Positions 1 through 9,844 of a DNA stretch of 32,000 bases are shown here, piece after piece. The translations under genes were made by a program, and so were the position numbers. Source of the DNA: Promethearchaeota archaeon (GTDB lineage: Archaea > Asgardarchaeota > Lokiarchaeia > Sigyniarchaeales > SOKP01). The notes below the pieces were generated by a model, which was not told the DNA's origin, ran no database searches, and saw nothing but the letters and a program-made list of their open reading frames with translations. The stretch spans positions 1 through 32,000 of the forward strand of contig JAUWGH010000012.1 of NCBI GenBank assembly GCA_030606485.1, read 5' to 3'. Each line of letters opens with the position of its first letter. Position 1 is the first letter of the stretch.

Positions 1-858
1 AAGCATGGAATAATTTCGCCTCAAATGAGATATGATAAAGCAGGGGATTTTTTCCGCTTATCAAAACTTAAAGAAAAGTATTATTTCTTTATATCATATT
101 ACAAGGATGTCGTTGCCGAAGATGTACTCTTATGGGAAAAAGATTCATTCATTTTACCAAAAAAATATAATAATAAGTTTGTACTTTTCCATAGAGTATT
201 ACCTGATATTCAAATTGTTTGTTTCGATGATTTTAAAGATTTGACAACCGATTTCTGGAAGGATTATCTAAAAACATTAGGAGATCATGTTGTAATAGAG
301 CCAAAATTTGGATATGAATCAAGAAATATCGGTGCTGGAGCACCATTAATAGAAACTGAAAGAGGTTGGCTCATGTTATATCATTCTGTAGAGGATTCTA
401 ATAAAGGTAAGGTGTATCACGCAAGTGCCGCCCTCCTTGATAAAAACAATCCGTTTAATGTAATAGGACGACTTAAAGAACCTCTTTTTTCGCCAATCGA
501 AGATTTTGAAAAAGTTGGAGATGTAAATAATGTTGTTTTCCCCACAGGCACCGCAATATTTGGAGAGAGATTATATATTTATTATGGTGCCGCTGATAAG
601 AGAATAGCCGTAGCATCGGTAAATCTACATAAACTTCTTCACGAACTCTTGGCGTCTGAAGTAGAAGTTGGGATTGGATTTTTAGCAGGACAGATTTATA
701 ATCTTACATTTAAAGAAGAACAAAGTTTAACTCACCTTAAGAATTTATTGCATCAAAACGAAAAAGTTTTACTGATGGCAATTGGTTGGCTAACAAGGGA
801 AAATAAAGTTCTGTGTAGATTTGATTTAGATGAATTATTCATTAGATCTTTAAGGTAA
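1..858 (+). CDS. GH130-like glycosidase/mannoside phosphorylase (5-bladed beta-propeller) with C-terminal DUF2582-like winged helix; 5'-partial
   Basis: Frame is open from base 1 (KHGIISPQ-MRY...), so the gene starts outside the window. GH130-type motifs: EKDSFILPKKYNNKFVLFHR, IGAGAPLIETERGWLMLYH, NNVVFPTG, LYIYYGAAD. Residues ~215-277 of the track ORF (IGFLAGQIYN...AIGWLTRENKV) match the DUF2582 wHTH pattern. Confidence 0.85.
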   Translation, partial: KHGIISPQMRYDKAGDFFRLSKLKEKYYFFISYYKDVVAEDVLLWEKDSFILPKKYNNKFVLFHRVLPDIQIVCFDDFKDLTTDFWKDYLKTLGDHVVIEPKFGYESRNIGAGAPLIETERGWLMLYHSVEDSNKGKVYHASAALLDKNNPFNVIGRLKEPLFSPIEDFEKVGDVNNVVFPTGTAIFGERLYIYYGAADKRIAVASVNLHKLLHELLASEVEVGIGFLAGQIYNLTFKEEQSLTHLKNLLHQNEKVLLMAIGWLTRENKVLCRFDLDELFIRSLR

Positions 859-1155
859 CTATTGACAAAAAATTATTTCAATTATCCAAAATCTTAAATT
901 TTTTAATATTTTAGTCTTTTCTTAAATTAATTTATCGAATTTCATATTATGGAGCTTTTTTTCTGTATTATTAAAGATCAGACGTTTAATGTCATTGTAT
1001 TCAAAGAAATTGAACCTTATCCAATAAGATTAGGAACGATACCACCTAAAAATTTAAAAGTGTCAAGATTATAAGATAATTGTCCTATTTCTAATGAAAA
1101 AAGTAAATCCCATTTTTTTTGCTAAGATAAATTCATTTTTTAATTGTGATTTAGA

Positions 1156-3357
1156 ATGGAATCTAATTGGATCCTTTATATGGCCACATATCCTCCCAGA
1201 GAGTGTGGTATTGCTACTTTTACAAAAGATTTAATGACAGCAATGGATAAGAAATTTTCTCCTTTTATAAAATCAAAAATCCTCGTTATTAATAATAATA
1301 ACGATATTGATTATGAAAATATTGAAGATGTTTTATTTGATATTGCTGATAATGATATTTCAGCATATATAAAGGCTGCGAAAAAAGTAAATGAGATAGA
1401 TGCTATAAAGCTGATAAATATACAACACGAATTTGGTATTTTTGGTGGAGAATATGGAAATTATTTAATAAAATTTCTAGAAATTGTAAAAAAACCAGTC
1501 GTTATATCATTCCATACGGTTATCCCAAATCCAGAGGATAAATTAAAGAAAATAGTTCGTGAGCTAGCAAAAAAATCTTCTTATTTAGTTGTTATGACTA
1601 ACAAGGGGATCGATATTTTAAGAAAAGATTATGATATTAAAAGAGAGATAATTGTAATACCTCATGGAACGCCAACAGTGTCATTTGATGAGAGTATAAA
1701 AGAAAAAACAGTAATGGGTATCGATGATAAAATTGTATTATCGTCTTTTGGCCTTATTAACTCCGGAAAAGGTTGTGAATATGTAATTGAGTCGTTAACT
1801 GAGGTTGTTAAAAAATATCCTAATATTTTATATTTAATAATTGGCGAAACACATCCCGAAGTAAGGAAAAAAGAAGGAGAAAAGTATAGAAATTTTCTCG
1901 AGGAAAAAGTGAAGACGTTTAACCTTGAAAAAAATGTAAAATTCTATAATAGGTATATGACGCTAGAAGAAATAGTAAAATTTCTACTAGCAACGGATAT
2001 CTATATTTCTTCAAATCTGGATCCTGATCAGATTGTTAGTGGCACTTTGGCGTACGCAATAGCCTGTGGTAGAGCGATAATCTCTACACCTTTCATTTAT
2101 GCTAAAGATATTATTACACCTGAAAGAGGTCTTTTAGTAAAATTTAGAGATCCTAATTCATATACTAATGCTCTAATAAAAATATTATCAAATCCCCTCT
2201 TAAAAGAAGAAATGGAAAGAAACAATTATTCATTTTCTAGGTGCATGATTTGGCCAAATGTAGCAATATCTTATTATAATGTTTTCAAGCGAGTTATTCC
2301 TGATTTAGAAAAATGTGAAATGTCATATCCAGAAATCAAGTTTGATCATATTATGAATCTTACGGATGATTTTGGAATATTACAATTTGCAAATTATGCA
2401 AAACCAGATAAATTATCTGGATATACTCTAGATGACAATGCTCGAGCCTTGTTAGCTTGTACGCTATATTATAAGTTATTTAAAGATAATACTAAATTGA
2501 AATTGATGAAAATTTATCTGAATTTTATAAAATATGTCCACAAAAATGAAAATAAGTTGTACAATTTTGTTAATTACAATAAGATTGTAAATCTCGAACA
2601 TTGGAGCGAGGACGCCCATGGAAGAGCAATGATGGCTCTTGGTTATTTAATTGCTACAAAAAATATCCCAATGGAATTAAGAGTAGAGGCAGAACTGATT
2701 TTTGAAGATGCGAAAAAAGCTGTAGACAAGATTAGATCTCCAAGAGCAATTTCGTTTATTTTGATTGGACTCTATTTCTATAATGTAATAAAAAATTCTG
2801 AAGTCATTAGAATTAGAAAATTAGGCGATTATCTAGCCCAGCTCTATAAGGATTGTAATACTGAGAAATGGAACTGGTTCGAAAATTACCTTACTTATTC
2901 AAATAGTAAATTGCCTGAGGCTCTTTTTTTTTGCTATAAAATAACTAAAGATGACAAATATTTAATAATTGCCAAAGAATCTTTAGACTTTCTTATTTCT
3001 ATTTCGTTTAAAGACGGAAAATTTGCTCCTATTGGTCAGAACGGATGGTATCATAAAAATGGCTATAATGCTAGTCATGATCAACAGCCAGTTGATGCTG
3101 CTTCAATGGTACAAACATTGAGCGTTGCATATGATACCACTAAAGACAATAGGTATATGAAACTTGCAATCGACACATTTAATTGGTTCTTTGGAAAAAA
3201 CTCTCTGAATCAAGAAGTTTATAACAATTTAACGGGTGGTTGCCACGATGGTATTGGAGAGCATTCTCTAAACATGAATCAAGGGGCTGAATCATCAATT
3301 TCTTATTTGCTTGCTAGACTTTCACTTCAAATATCAAAAGGTTCTATTGCTTTTTAG
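1156..3357 (+). CDS. GT4 glycosyltransferase fused to a C-terminal (alpha/alpha)6 six-hairpin glycosidase-like domain
   Basis: N-terminal GT-B motifs TYPPRECGIATFT, QHEFGIFGG, SGTLAYAIACG. C-terminal DDFGILQF...GYTLDDNARAL, WSEDAHGRA, DQQPVDA, GGCHDG, NMNQGAES are typical of this fused family. Confidence 0.88.
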   Translation: MESNWILYMATYPPRECGIATFTKDLMTAMDKKFSPFIKSKILVINNNNDIDYENIEDVLFDIADNDISAYIKAAKKVNEIDAIKLINIQHEFGIFGGEYGNYLIKFLEIVKKPVVISFHTVIPNPEDKLKKIVRELAKKSSYLVVMTNKGIDILRKDYDIKREIIVIPHGTPTVSFDESIKEKTVMGIDDKIVLSSFGLINSGKGCEYVIESLTEVVKKYPNILYLIIGETHPEVRKKEGEKYRNFLEEKVKTFNLEKNVKFYNRYMTLEEIVKFLLATDIYISSNLDPDQIVSGTLAYAIACGRAIISTPFIYAKDIITPERGLLVKFRDPNSYTNALIKILSNPLLKEEMERNNYSFSRCMIWPNVAISYYNVFKRVIPDLEKCEMSYPEIKFDHIMNLTDDFGILQFANYAKPDKLSGYTLDDNARALLACTLYYKLFKDNTKLKLMKIYLNFIKYVHKNENKLYNFVNYNKIVNLEHWSEDAHGRAMMALGYLIATKNIPMELRVEAELIFEDAKKAVDKIRSPRAISFILIGLYFYNVIKNSEVIRIRKLGDYLAQLYKDCNTEKWNWFENYLTYSNSKLPEALFFCYKITKDDKYLIIAKESLDFLISISFKDGKFAPIGQNGWYHKNGYNASHDQQPVDAASMVQTLSVAYDTTKDNRYMKLAIDTFNWFFGKNSLNQEVYNNLTGGCHDGIGEHSLNMNQGAESSISYLLARLSLQISKGSIAF

Positions 3358-3386
3358 TATTTATGAACAATAACCGTTTCACGAAC

Positions 3387-3398
3387 AAAAAAAAAAAA
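3387..3398 (-). terminator. Oligo-U archaeal terminator candidate for the MFS gene
   Basis: A12 on + (T12 on -) about 20 nt downstream of the MFS stop at 3418, in the convergent intergenic gap. Confidence 0.5.
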
Positions 3399-3417
3399 GA
3401 ATTAATTTTTAATATAT

Positions 3418-4779
3418 TTATTTAGTTTTTTCCCAGTCGAAATCGAGTTTGATGTATTTTCTAGTATAAAGATAAGCCACAATTAATATTATAGAACATA
3501 TCGGCCCCCATAATACTAAGCCCAAACTATAAGTTAGAGGTCCTACACTAATATCAGGAAGTGATGAAATAGCAACACCAAGGATAAACACTCCAAAAGC
3601 TTGGAATAAATTAAGAATTATAGAAGGAAAGCCAGCATAAACTCCTGCCTTTAAATTCCCTGTGTCTTTTTCATCATCCTCAGCAAGATCAGCATATATG
3701 ATGTAAGGAAATAAGCCCCAACCTCCCAATATTGCAGCGATACCAATAATAAAAATTAATCCGAATACTAAATTGACAGCAATTGGTAATAGACCTACTA
3801 GTGTTAGGGGAAGAAATACAATCCCAAAGAGAATGATAATTAGAAGAGTTGGTTTTTTACCTCTTTTCTCTATTAATTTTCTCCATATATAAAAGAAAAT
3901 CAAAACACCAATAATAAAACTTACAGCAACAAGTAAATATTCAAATGTACCAAAATTTAACACAACTTGAGTGTAGGTTAACATCACAGTAGATATCTGG
4001 GACCAGGCTAAGCTTGAGATCCCTATCATAAGAATGACTTTTAGGAAATTCTTATTTTTTACGATGATTTTAATAGTTTCCTTTAAATTAGTATCGATCT
4101 CCAAATGTGGCTCTGTTGGCATTAGAAAGGCGACTGTATAGAATAAAACCATTACAATAACTCCAAATAATATTGTAAGTATTAAAAAAATTGATGGCAT
4201 AGGAGCATTTATATTAGTTTCTAAATCGCTAACAAAACTTGTTAAAACAAGCATTGACATAAGTATCATGATTGCATTTCCGATATAATTGAAATAATTC
4301 TGGAATTGTGAAACTTTAGGACGTGATTTAACTTCAAATTGCTCAGGCATCCAAGCTTGATATACTGTTGTCATAGAATAACCTATCTTAAAGACAATGT
4401 CCCAAATTAAAAACCATAAAAATAAAGCAATCTTATCATTAAGATCAGGTAAGATTAAAGATGGTAATAATAAAGCAATAAAGGAAATTGTCAGTAAGGG
4501 AGTAATTATTATTATCCATGGCTTTCTTCTTCCCCACCGAGTATATTTTGCATCACTAACCCATCCTAAGAAAAATTGACCTAAACCTATTACAATGAAT
4601 CCGATGGCTTGGGCAGAAGTGACAAGAATTGCTGGAACTCCAAAACCTACATAATAAAGAGTGAATAAAGCAAAACCTTCAATTCCAAGAACCATTGCTG
4701 AGCTGAGTCTTGCTGATCCATAAAATAGCATTTTACCTGTAGAGCTTTTACTCCTTTCGAAATCATTTACTTCGTTCAT
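3418..4779 (-). CDS. MFS transporter, GPH/MelB-like (MFS_2) family
   Basis: About 12 hydrophobic segments; GWVSDAKYTRWGRRKPW motif A; YQAWMPE; IYADLAEDDE...GVYAG. Confidence 0.88.
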   Translation of the reverse strand: MNEVNDFERSKSSTGKMLFYGSARLSSAMVLGIEGFALFTLYYVGFGVPAILVTSAQAIGFIVIGLGQFFLGWVSDAKYTRWGRRKPWIIIITPLLTISFIALLLPSLILPDLNDKIALFLWFLIWDIVFKIGYSMTTVYQAWMPEQFEVKSRPKVSQFQNYFNYIGNAIMILMSMLVLTSFVSDLETNINAPMPSIFLILTILFGVIVMVLFYTVAFLMPTEPHLEIDTNLKETIKIIVKNKNFLKVILMIGISSLAWSQISTVMLTYTQVVLNFGTFEYLLVAVSFIIGVLIFFYIWRKLIEKRGKKPTLLIIILFGIVFLPLTLVGLLPIAVNLVFGLIFIIGIAAILGGWGLFPYIIYADLAEDDEKDTGNLKAGVYAGFPSIILNLFQAFGVFILGVAISSLPDISVGPLTYSLGLVLWGPICSIILIVAYLYTRKYIKLDFDWEKTK

Positions 4780-4894
4780 AATTTTTACCTAAATTTATTT
4801 TAAAAAGTAACGAAATATAATAGGAATGAAGTTATATAAATAATTTTCAATTTTAGAATTTTAAAATTAGAAAACATTAATGAGGCTTATTGGT

Positions 4895-5905
4895 TTATTC
4901 TTCATTTTTCTCTTCATGCCATCCCAGATCAGATAAAATATCTTTAAATTGTTCATTTTCTTCTATTTCAAATTCAGCATCGTACTCAGAAGCAAGATCA
5001 AATTCATTAAAACCTTGAGGGGGTTCAAAGCTCTGATAATTAAAGCTTTCTTCAGGAATCTTTTGTTCAATTTCAGGAACTGGTTCTGTAAGGGGCGCTT
5101 CTTCTGGAATTATTTCTTCTGATACAATTTCTTGTTCAATTTCCATAGGTGTATAATCATCAAGAGGAATTGGAGGCACTTCATCCCCATATACCTTAAT
5201 TCCATATAGTTCCTCAGATTCTCGTGCTTTATCGATGGCTTCTACTTTTTCTTCGGCAGTTATTGGAACTGTTTTTCCTTCTTCTGGGATTTTCATCATC
5301 ATAGACTGAGGAATGGAGACTATATTATTTTGAACTATTTCCTCCTCCTCTCCTTCAGCACCCCATGATTTTAAAAATTGTAGAGTCGCTTCTATTGCTT
5401 TTTGATCTTCTTTAGCAGATGGTTTTAATATTCCTACTCCCTTTTCTGCTTGTATTTTTTCCTTTTCTGCTTGCATTTTCATTAATTCTTCTTCTTCAAG
5501 ATTTATTGCCATTTCCGTTACTTCTCCACCTGAAATTAATTCATTAATTTTCCGGGCGATTTCTCTCAAATAACCCATATAATAACCGATTTTTAATACG
5601 TTCTCTAACGCTCCGAAAATAATATATTCATCATTTACAGCCATTAATATACCATAACCTTTCTCATTGTGGAGTAGGATTTCTCTTAAGGCTCCATGTT
5701 CTACAGATTGACTTAAACGAATTCCGAGATCGATTAAAGCTGTGCTTGATGCAGAAATTGCGTCTGCATCTAATTCGGCTGATTTTGCTGAAGCGACTTT
5801 CATTCCAATACGTGATAGTACAGATAACTGTTCAAGATCTGTTTTCTTCTCTTCTATTTGAAGGATTTCCATGAGTCTATTCTGAATTTGTGGAGAAATC
5901 GACAT
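4895..5905 (-). CDS. Roadblock/LC7 (MglB-like) domain protein with long acidic, probably disordered C-terminal tail
   Basis: Residues ~1-125 follow the roadblock pattern (VLSRIGMKVASA, DADAISASSTALIDLG, ILLHNEKGYGILMAVNDEYII, IGYYMGYLREIARKI); the remainder is Glu/Pro-rich. Confidence 0.78.
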   Translation of the reverse strand: MSISPQIQNRLMEILQIEEKKTDLEQLSVLSRIGMKVASAKSAELDADAISASSTALIDLGIRLSQSVEHGALREILLHNEKGYGILMAVNDEYIIFGALENVLKIGYYMGYLREIARKINELISGGEVTEMAINLEEEELMKMQAEKEKIQAEKGVGILKPSAKEDQKAIEATLQFLKSWGAEGEEEEIVQNNIVSIPQSMMMKIPEEGKTVPITAEEKVEAIDKARESEELYGIKVYGDEVPPIPLDDYTPMEIEQEIVSEEIIPEEAPLTEPVPEIEQKIPEESFNYQSFEPPQGFNEFDLASEYDAEFEIEENEQFKDILSDLGWHEEKNEE

Positions 5906-6000
5906 TCTTTTCTAAAAGGTATTAATTATTTAATTTTACTATTTATACAAATAATAACTAATTTTAATTAATTTTTGTTTTTTATAAATTTATTAATTTT

Positions 6001-6720
6001 CTATAAAAAATTCTTAATATCTTTAAATTTTTCAAGTTTTTTCTTAAGTGAGTAATTACTTATAGTAAAAATTATATTTTCGATATTTTTAACTACATCC
6101 TTTGGGCTTACGTAGTTAGTATCAATAATTGAGAGATTTTTGTTCTTCTTTTCATTAGCAAGTAGAAATTCATTATAATATTTTGAAACTTTTAAGAGAT
6201 AATCATAATCTCTCTCATGCCATTTTTTTCTTTGTATTTCTGCTTTATTTTGTTCCTTAAAAGATAATCTCCCCCTTGAAATTATTCGTTTCATAATTAC
6301 ATTTACATCAGCATGAAGATAAATTATATGTTCTTTTTTAACCCAATCGATTGATTTGTACAAATCATATATTAATTTATAATCTTTGGGAACCATCTCT
6401 AAAGCTTTGGAATATATTAATACACAAATTGGAGTTCGATCTAAAATTACTACTTTATTATTGTTTTTTTTTAAATAACTTTTAAGACGAGTATTTCGCT
6501 TTATTAATTGCTGCAGAAAGAATATTTCTCCACGAAAAGCAATCTCCTTTTTGATTGAGCCTAATGGATATGTAGGATTTTTAACAATATATCTTTCGTG
6601 ATAAAATTTGAATGTATTATCTTTAGAATATTTATCTTCTAAAATAGAAAATATAGTGGTTTTGCCGACTCCGTGAGCTCCCGCTATTGAAAAAATGAAA
6701 TTATTATTCCCTGCCCGCAT
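6001..6720 (-). CDS. Deoxynucleoside/thymidylate kinase family P-loop kinase
   Basis: Walker A GAHGVGKTT, ILDRTP, IYLHAD...KRIISRGR lid, ERDYDYLLKV. Confidence 0.8.
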   Translation of the reverse strand: MRAGNNNFIFSIAGAHGVGKTTIFSILEDKYSKDNTFKFYHERYIVKNPTYPLGSIKKEIAFRGEIFFLQQLIKRNTRLKSYLKKNNNKVVILDRTPICVLIYSKALEMVPKDYKLIYDLYKSIDWVKKEHIIYLHADVNVIMKRIISRGRLSFKEQNKAEIQRKKWHERDYDYLLKVSKYYNEFLLANEKKNKNLSIIDTNYVSPKDVVKNIENIIFTISNYSLKKKLEKFKDIKNFL

Positions 6721-6742
6721 TTTTTTTGATGTTTAAATAGAA

Positions 6743-7732
6743 TTAAATTAAAATCATAATAAATGTTATAAATGTATAAATGCCATTAGCAGAAATAGTA
6801 GAAAATAGATTCCGATTGGATATTTCGAAAATTAAGCCTAAAATAACATTATTTAAGAAGTAAATAATAACTAAACCCATATCAAAAGTGAAAAATAAAA
6901 ATAAAACTGAATACATTAAACTTACGATTAAAATAATATATATTCTTTGTGTTAGTTGAGAACCAAGTTTTGTGATTAATCCATTGTATAAAACTCCACG
7001 GAATGTTATCTCTGTACCAAGAACATCCAACATTAATAAAGATAATATTAAGATCTTATATAAAAGAGAGGAGCTCCTTATAATTGTGTATTGTTCAGAT
7101 AAACTCTCTGGTGGAGCAAAAATAGTCCAACCTATTGATACAAAGAACTCATTGATAAAAAAAGAAAATTCAGCCATTATATAAACCATAAAGGCTCCAA
7201 TTATGCCAATTAATAATGCAATAAGTATTTTTTTTCTCTCATAATTTAATCCAAGTTTTGAAATTTTGTGTTTCTTCGAGTATATGTAAGACAACGGATA
7301 TATAATTAAGATTGCTCCGGGAATTTGACTTAATGTAATAGCTTCAATAGTAATTGGAAATTCAGTACCTGCAGAAGGTCCTTGAAGTATAAAAAAAAGC
7401 GTAATAATACCAATTTTTGCAAATAAAAACAAAACTAAACTATTAAAGAAGACATTTATTGCTTCACGAAATTTCCATTGATCCTTTTGAAGTATAAATT
7501 TATCAGAGAGCTCGAGTTTCTTTCCAGTGAATATTAAATATGATTTTTCTTTTTTTTTTCCCTCCTCCATTATATCAATTGGTAAATCCTCTAAAACCGT
7601 ATCACATATAGGACATTGTTTGAGGATTTTTGAGGAAATAATTGAGCCACATTTTGAACATTTTCTTTCAAGGGTTTTCCCTTTAGATGTAGTTAAGGTC
7701 TCTTTTTTTTCCTTGCTCTTCTCATCAGACAT
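6743..7732 (-). CDS. Zn-ribbon plus CPBP (CAAX protease/Abi) family membrane protein, catalytic motifs degenerate
   Basis: CSKC...CPIC at the N-terminus; multi-TM C-terminal region with TEITFRG (canonical EExxFRG) and SANGIYT (canonical HxxxN). Confidence 0.72.
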   Translation of the reverse strand: MSDEKSKEKKETLTTSKGKTLERKCSKCGSIISSKILKQCPICDTVLEDLPIDIMEEGKKKEKSYLIFTGKKLELSDKFILQKDQWKFREAINVFFNSLVLFLFAKIGIITLFFILQGPSAGTEFPITIEAITLSQIPGAILIIYPLSYIYSKKHKISKLGLNYERKKILIALLIGIIGAFMVYIMAEFSFFINEFFVSIGWTIFAPPESLSEQYTIIRSSSLLYKILILSLLMLDVLGTEITFRGVLYNGLITKLGSQLTQRIYIILIVSLMYSVLFLFFTFDMGLVIIYFLNNVILGLIFEISNRNLFSTISANGIYTFITFIMILI

Positions 7733-8082
7733 TGTAATATTTCTCTTAAAAATTCTTATAATAAATTAAAGCAAATATATTATTTATAATATTAATATTA
7801 TAAATTAAATTTACCGTCTAGTCTCAAACGGATTAATATTGAATATTGCCTAATAAATCAGAGTGAGTTTATCTCATTTATTATATTTCAGATCGAACTT
7901 ATAAGAAAATAGATATTTGAAATAAAAATATAGTATTCATAAGGAAAAAATATAACAGTTTTTTTAAATCTTAACTAATCCTTAACGCAATAATTAAATA
8001 TCAAGCATTTTTTTTATTTTTAGGCAAATTTAAAATTAACAAAATTAAATTTTTCATAGTTATATTCCTAGGAAAAAGAAAT

Positions 8083-8457
8083 TTGAAAGAACTTGAGTCG
8101 ATCTTAAAAAAATTAATAACTTCAGTACCGGAAATTGAAGCCGCTGCAATTGTCTCAATGGAGGGATTCCCAATAGCGAGTGCTCTTCCAGCAGGTATAG
8201 ACGATGCAAAAATTAGTGCAATGACAGCAGCTATACTTTCACTTGGGGAAGTAGCAGTGCAAGAAAGGAATATGGGTAAACTAGAGCTGACTTTTATAGA
8301 AGGAGAGGATGGTTTTATAATTACAAGAGCTGCTGGTAAAACTGCTGCGTTAACAATAGCGACATCTTCTGAGATCACACGAGGGCTAATCTTTTTAGAA
8401 TGTAAAAGAACATGTGAAAAAATCGAAGAAATTCTTAAAAAAAGAGAGAACCAATAA
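8083..8457 (+). CDS. Roadblock/LC7 (MglB-like) protein
   Basis: TTG start; EAAAIVSMEGFPIASALP, KISAMTAAILSLGE, GLIFLECKR are the canonical prokaryotic roadblock pattern; 124 aa. Confidence 0.92.
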   Translation: MKELESILKKLITSVPEIEAAAIVSMEGFPIASALPAGIDDAKISAMTAAILSLGEVAVQERNMGKLELTFIEGEDGFIITRAAGKTAALTIATSSEITRGLIFLECKRTCEKIEEILKKRENQ

Positions 8458-8470
8458 TATAAGTTATTCT

Positions 8471-9691
8471 CTATAAACCACTTGTAATATTCATAATCTC
8501 CATTAAGAGTATCCCATGATAATATAAAATTGAATCGAAAAAATGCTCTCCCTTAGCACCATTTTCCTTTCCACTTTTTATTAAAGCTAATCTAGAATTT
8601 AACGCTGCTTTAATTAATAACTCTATCCCTTTATAAATCAAATTTGGATTCCAAATCCCTCTATTATAATTAGCCCACCAAGTTGGACATGAATGTAAAC
8701 CTCTGTCGTAAAACCACCGGGCTGTATTACTATATTGTTCTACTTCCCAATTCTTGGATTTATCTATTCCCTCTAATAATTCCATAAGTTTGTTTAAACT
8801 TTTTAATATTTTCCAATAATACTTATGGACTTCATTTTTGGGATGTTTCCATAGTGGAAAAGGGATATTTTGCTTTAGATCCTGTTCAGTTGTGCTCCAA
8901 CTTGATTCCTTTGGGATCAACCCCTTTTTTTCAATTGGAAAATATTTTTTAAGTTCTGAAATAAAACAAGTACATATATCATTCTCCTTTTCCAGTTTTC
9001 TCAAAACCTTACCTAGAAAATCCGTCTCATAGTGAGCGTGGTGATGTCCAAATGTTTCGACATCTTGAGAAATTATAATATAGCTCTCTGATTTATATAG
9101 GTTATTTAAATTGTCTATGAACTCTTTAGTAGTAATATTTTTGAAAGAAATTTTATTGCTAAGAATATCATCTCTGAAATATAATAAAAGTTTGTTGGCA
9201 GCTTGATGGATTTTATCATATGGCCAGTTTGTTGGGCACGCAACACCACTTATTATTATCCATTCATATCCCAGATTTTTTACTAATTCGATAATCGCAG
9301 GAGAAATTGCCATCTCTGGAGGGAAAAACCCTAATTTTTTCCAGTTATTTCCAAATTCTCTTCTATTAACATCTTCATTAAGATGTATTTGGCGTTCAGC
9401 TTCCTCTTTGGGAATCAGTGGAAGTATTGGATGAAATTTTCCAGTGCCAACAATTTCAATTTTTTTTTGTTTAACAAGGTCCTTTATTAAATCCATTGTT
9501 TCTCCTAACCCGAACTCATAAAGCATATCAACAAGAACTCCATTGATATTTAAGCAAAATCGCGCATTTTCATATTGTTGTATTATTCTAAATAGCGGTT
9601 GATAGCACTCATCATTTATTTTTTTTAAGACCTTGATGTCCTGAGTGGAGGGTTGGTACATGTGCAACAATAGAGAGAAATAATTAGCCAT
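8471..9691 (-). CDS. Glycoside hydrolase family 57 (alpha-amylase/amylopullulanase-like)
   Basis: GH57 conserved regions HMYQP, GFFPPEMA (nucleophile Glu), SQDVETFGHH (acid/base Asp), SSWS. Confidence 0.88.
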   Translation of the reverse strand: MANYFSLLLHMYQPSTQDIKVLKKINDECYQPLFRIIQQYENARFCLNINGVLVDMLYEFGLGETMDLIKDLVKQKKIEIVGTGKFHPILPLIPKEEAERQIHLNEDVNRREFGNNWKKLGFFPPEMAISPAIIELVKNLGYEWIIISGVACPTNWPYDKIHQAANKLLLYFRDDILSNKISFKNITTKEFIDNLNNLYKSESYIIISQDVETFGHHHAHYETDFLGKVLRKLEKENDICTCFISELKKYFPIEKKGLIPKESSWSTTEQDLKQNIPFPLWKHPKNEVHKYYWKILKSLNKLMELLEGIDKSKNWEVEQYSNTARWFYDRGLHSCPTWWANYNRGIWNPNLIYKGIELLIKAALNSRLALIKSGKENGAKGEHFFDSILYYHGILLMEIMNITSGL

Positions 9692-9844
9692 TTTAAGTCT
9701 CTTTATAATTTTATCTTCTTTTTTTAATATAATTAACTTAATCTTAAAAATAAAAAAGTAAATTAACCAAATAATAACTTTTTTTTTTGTATGTTATATG
9801 GGTATGATACAAAATTATATTTTTTTTTGTTATATATTTTCCAT

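Noticed and set aside
7550-7559. In-gene homopolymers (A/T 9-10, also near 19828 and 27542) as phase-variation tracts
   Set aside because: Frames are intact and such runs are common in this AT-rich genome (Lys/Phe codon runs).
7810-7880. Two tiny hairpins (CCGT..ACGG; TGAG..CTCA) in the 350-bp divergent intergenic region
   Set aside because: Stems of only 4-6 bp; no recognisable ncRNA or riboswitch.
8001-8378. 125-aa minus-strand ORF
   Set aside because: Antisense shadow of the canonical roadblock gene; Ser/Ile-rich with no motifs.
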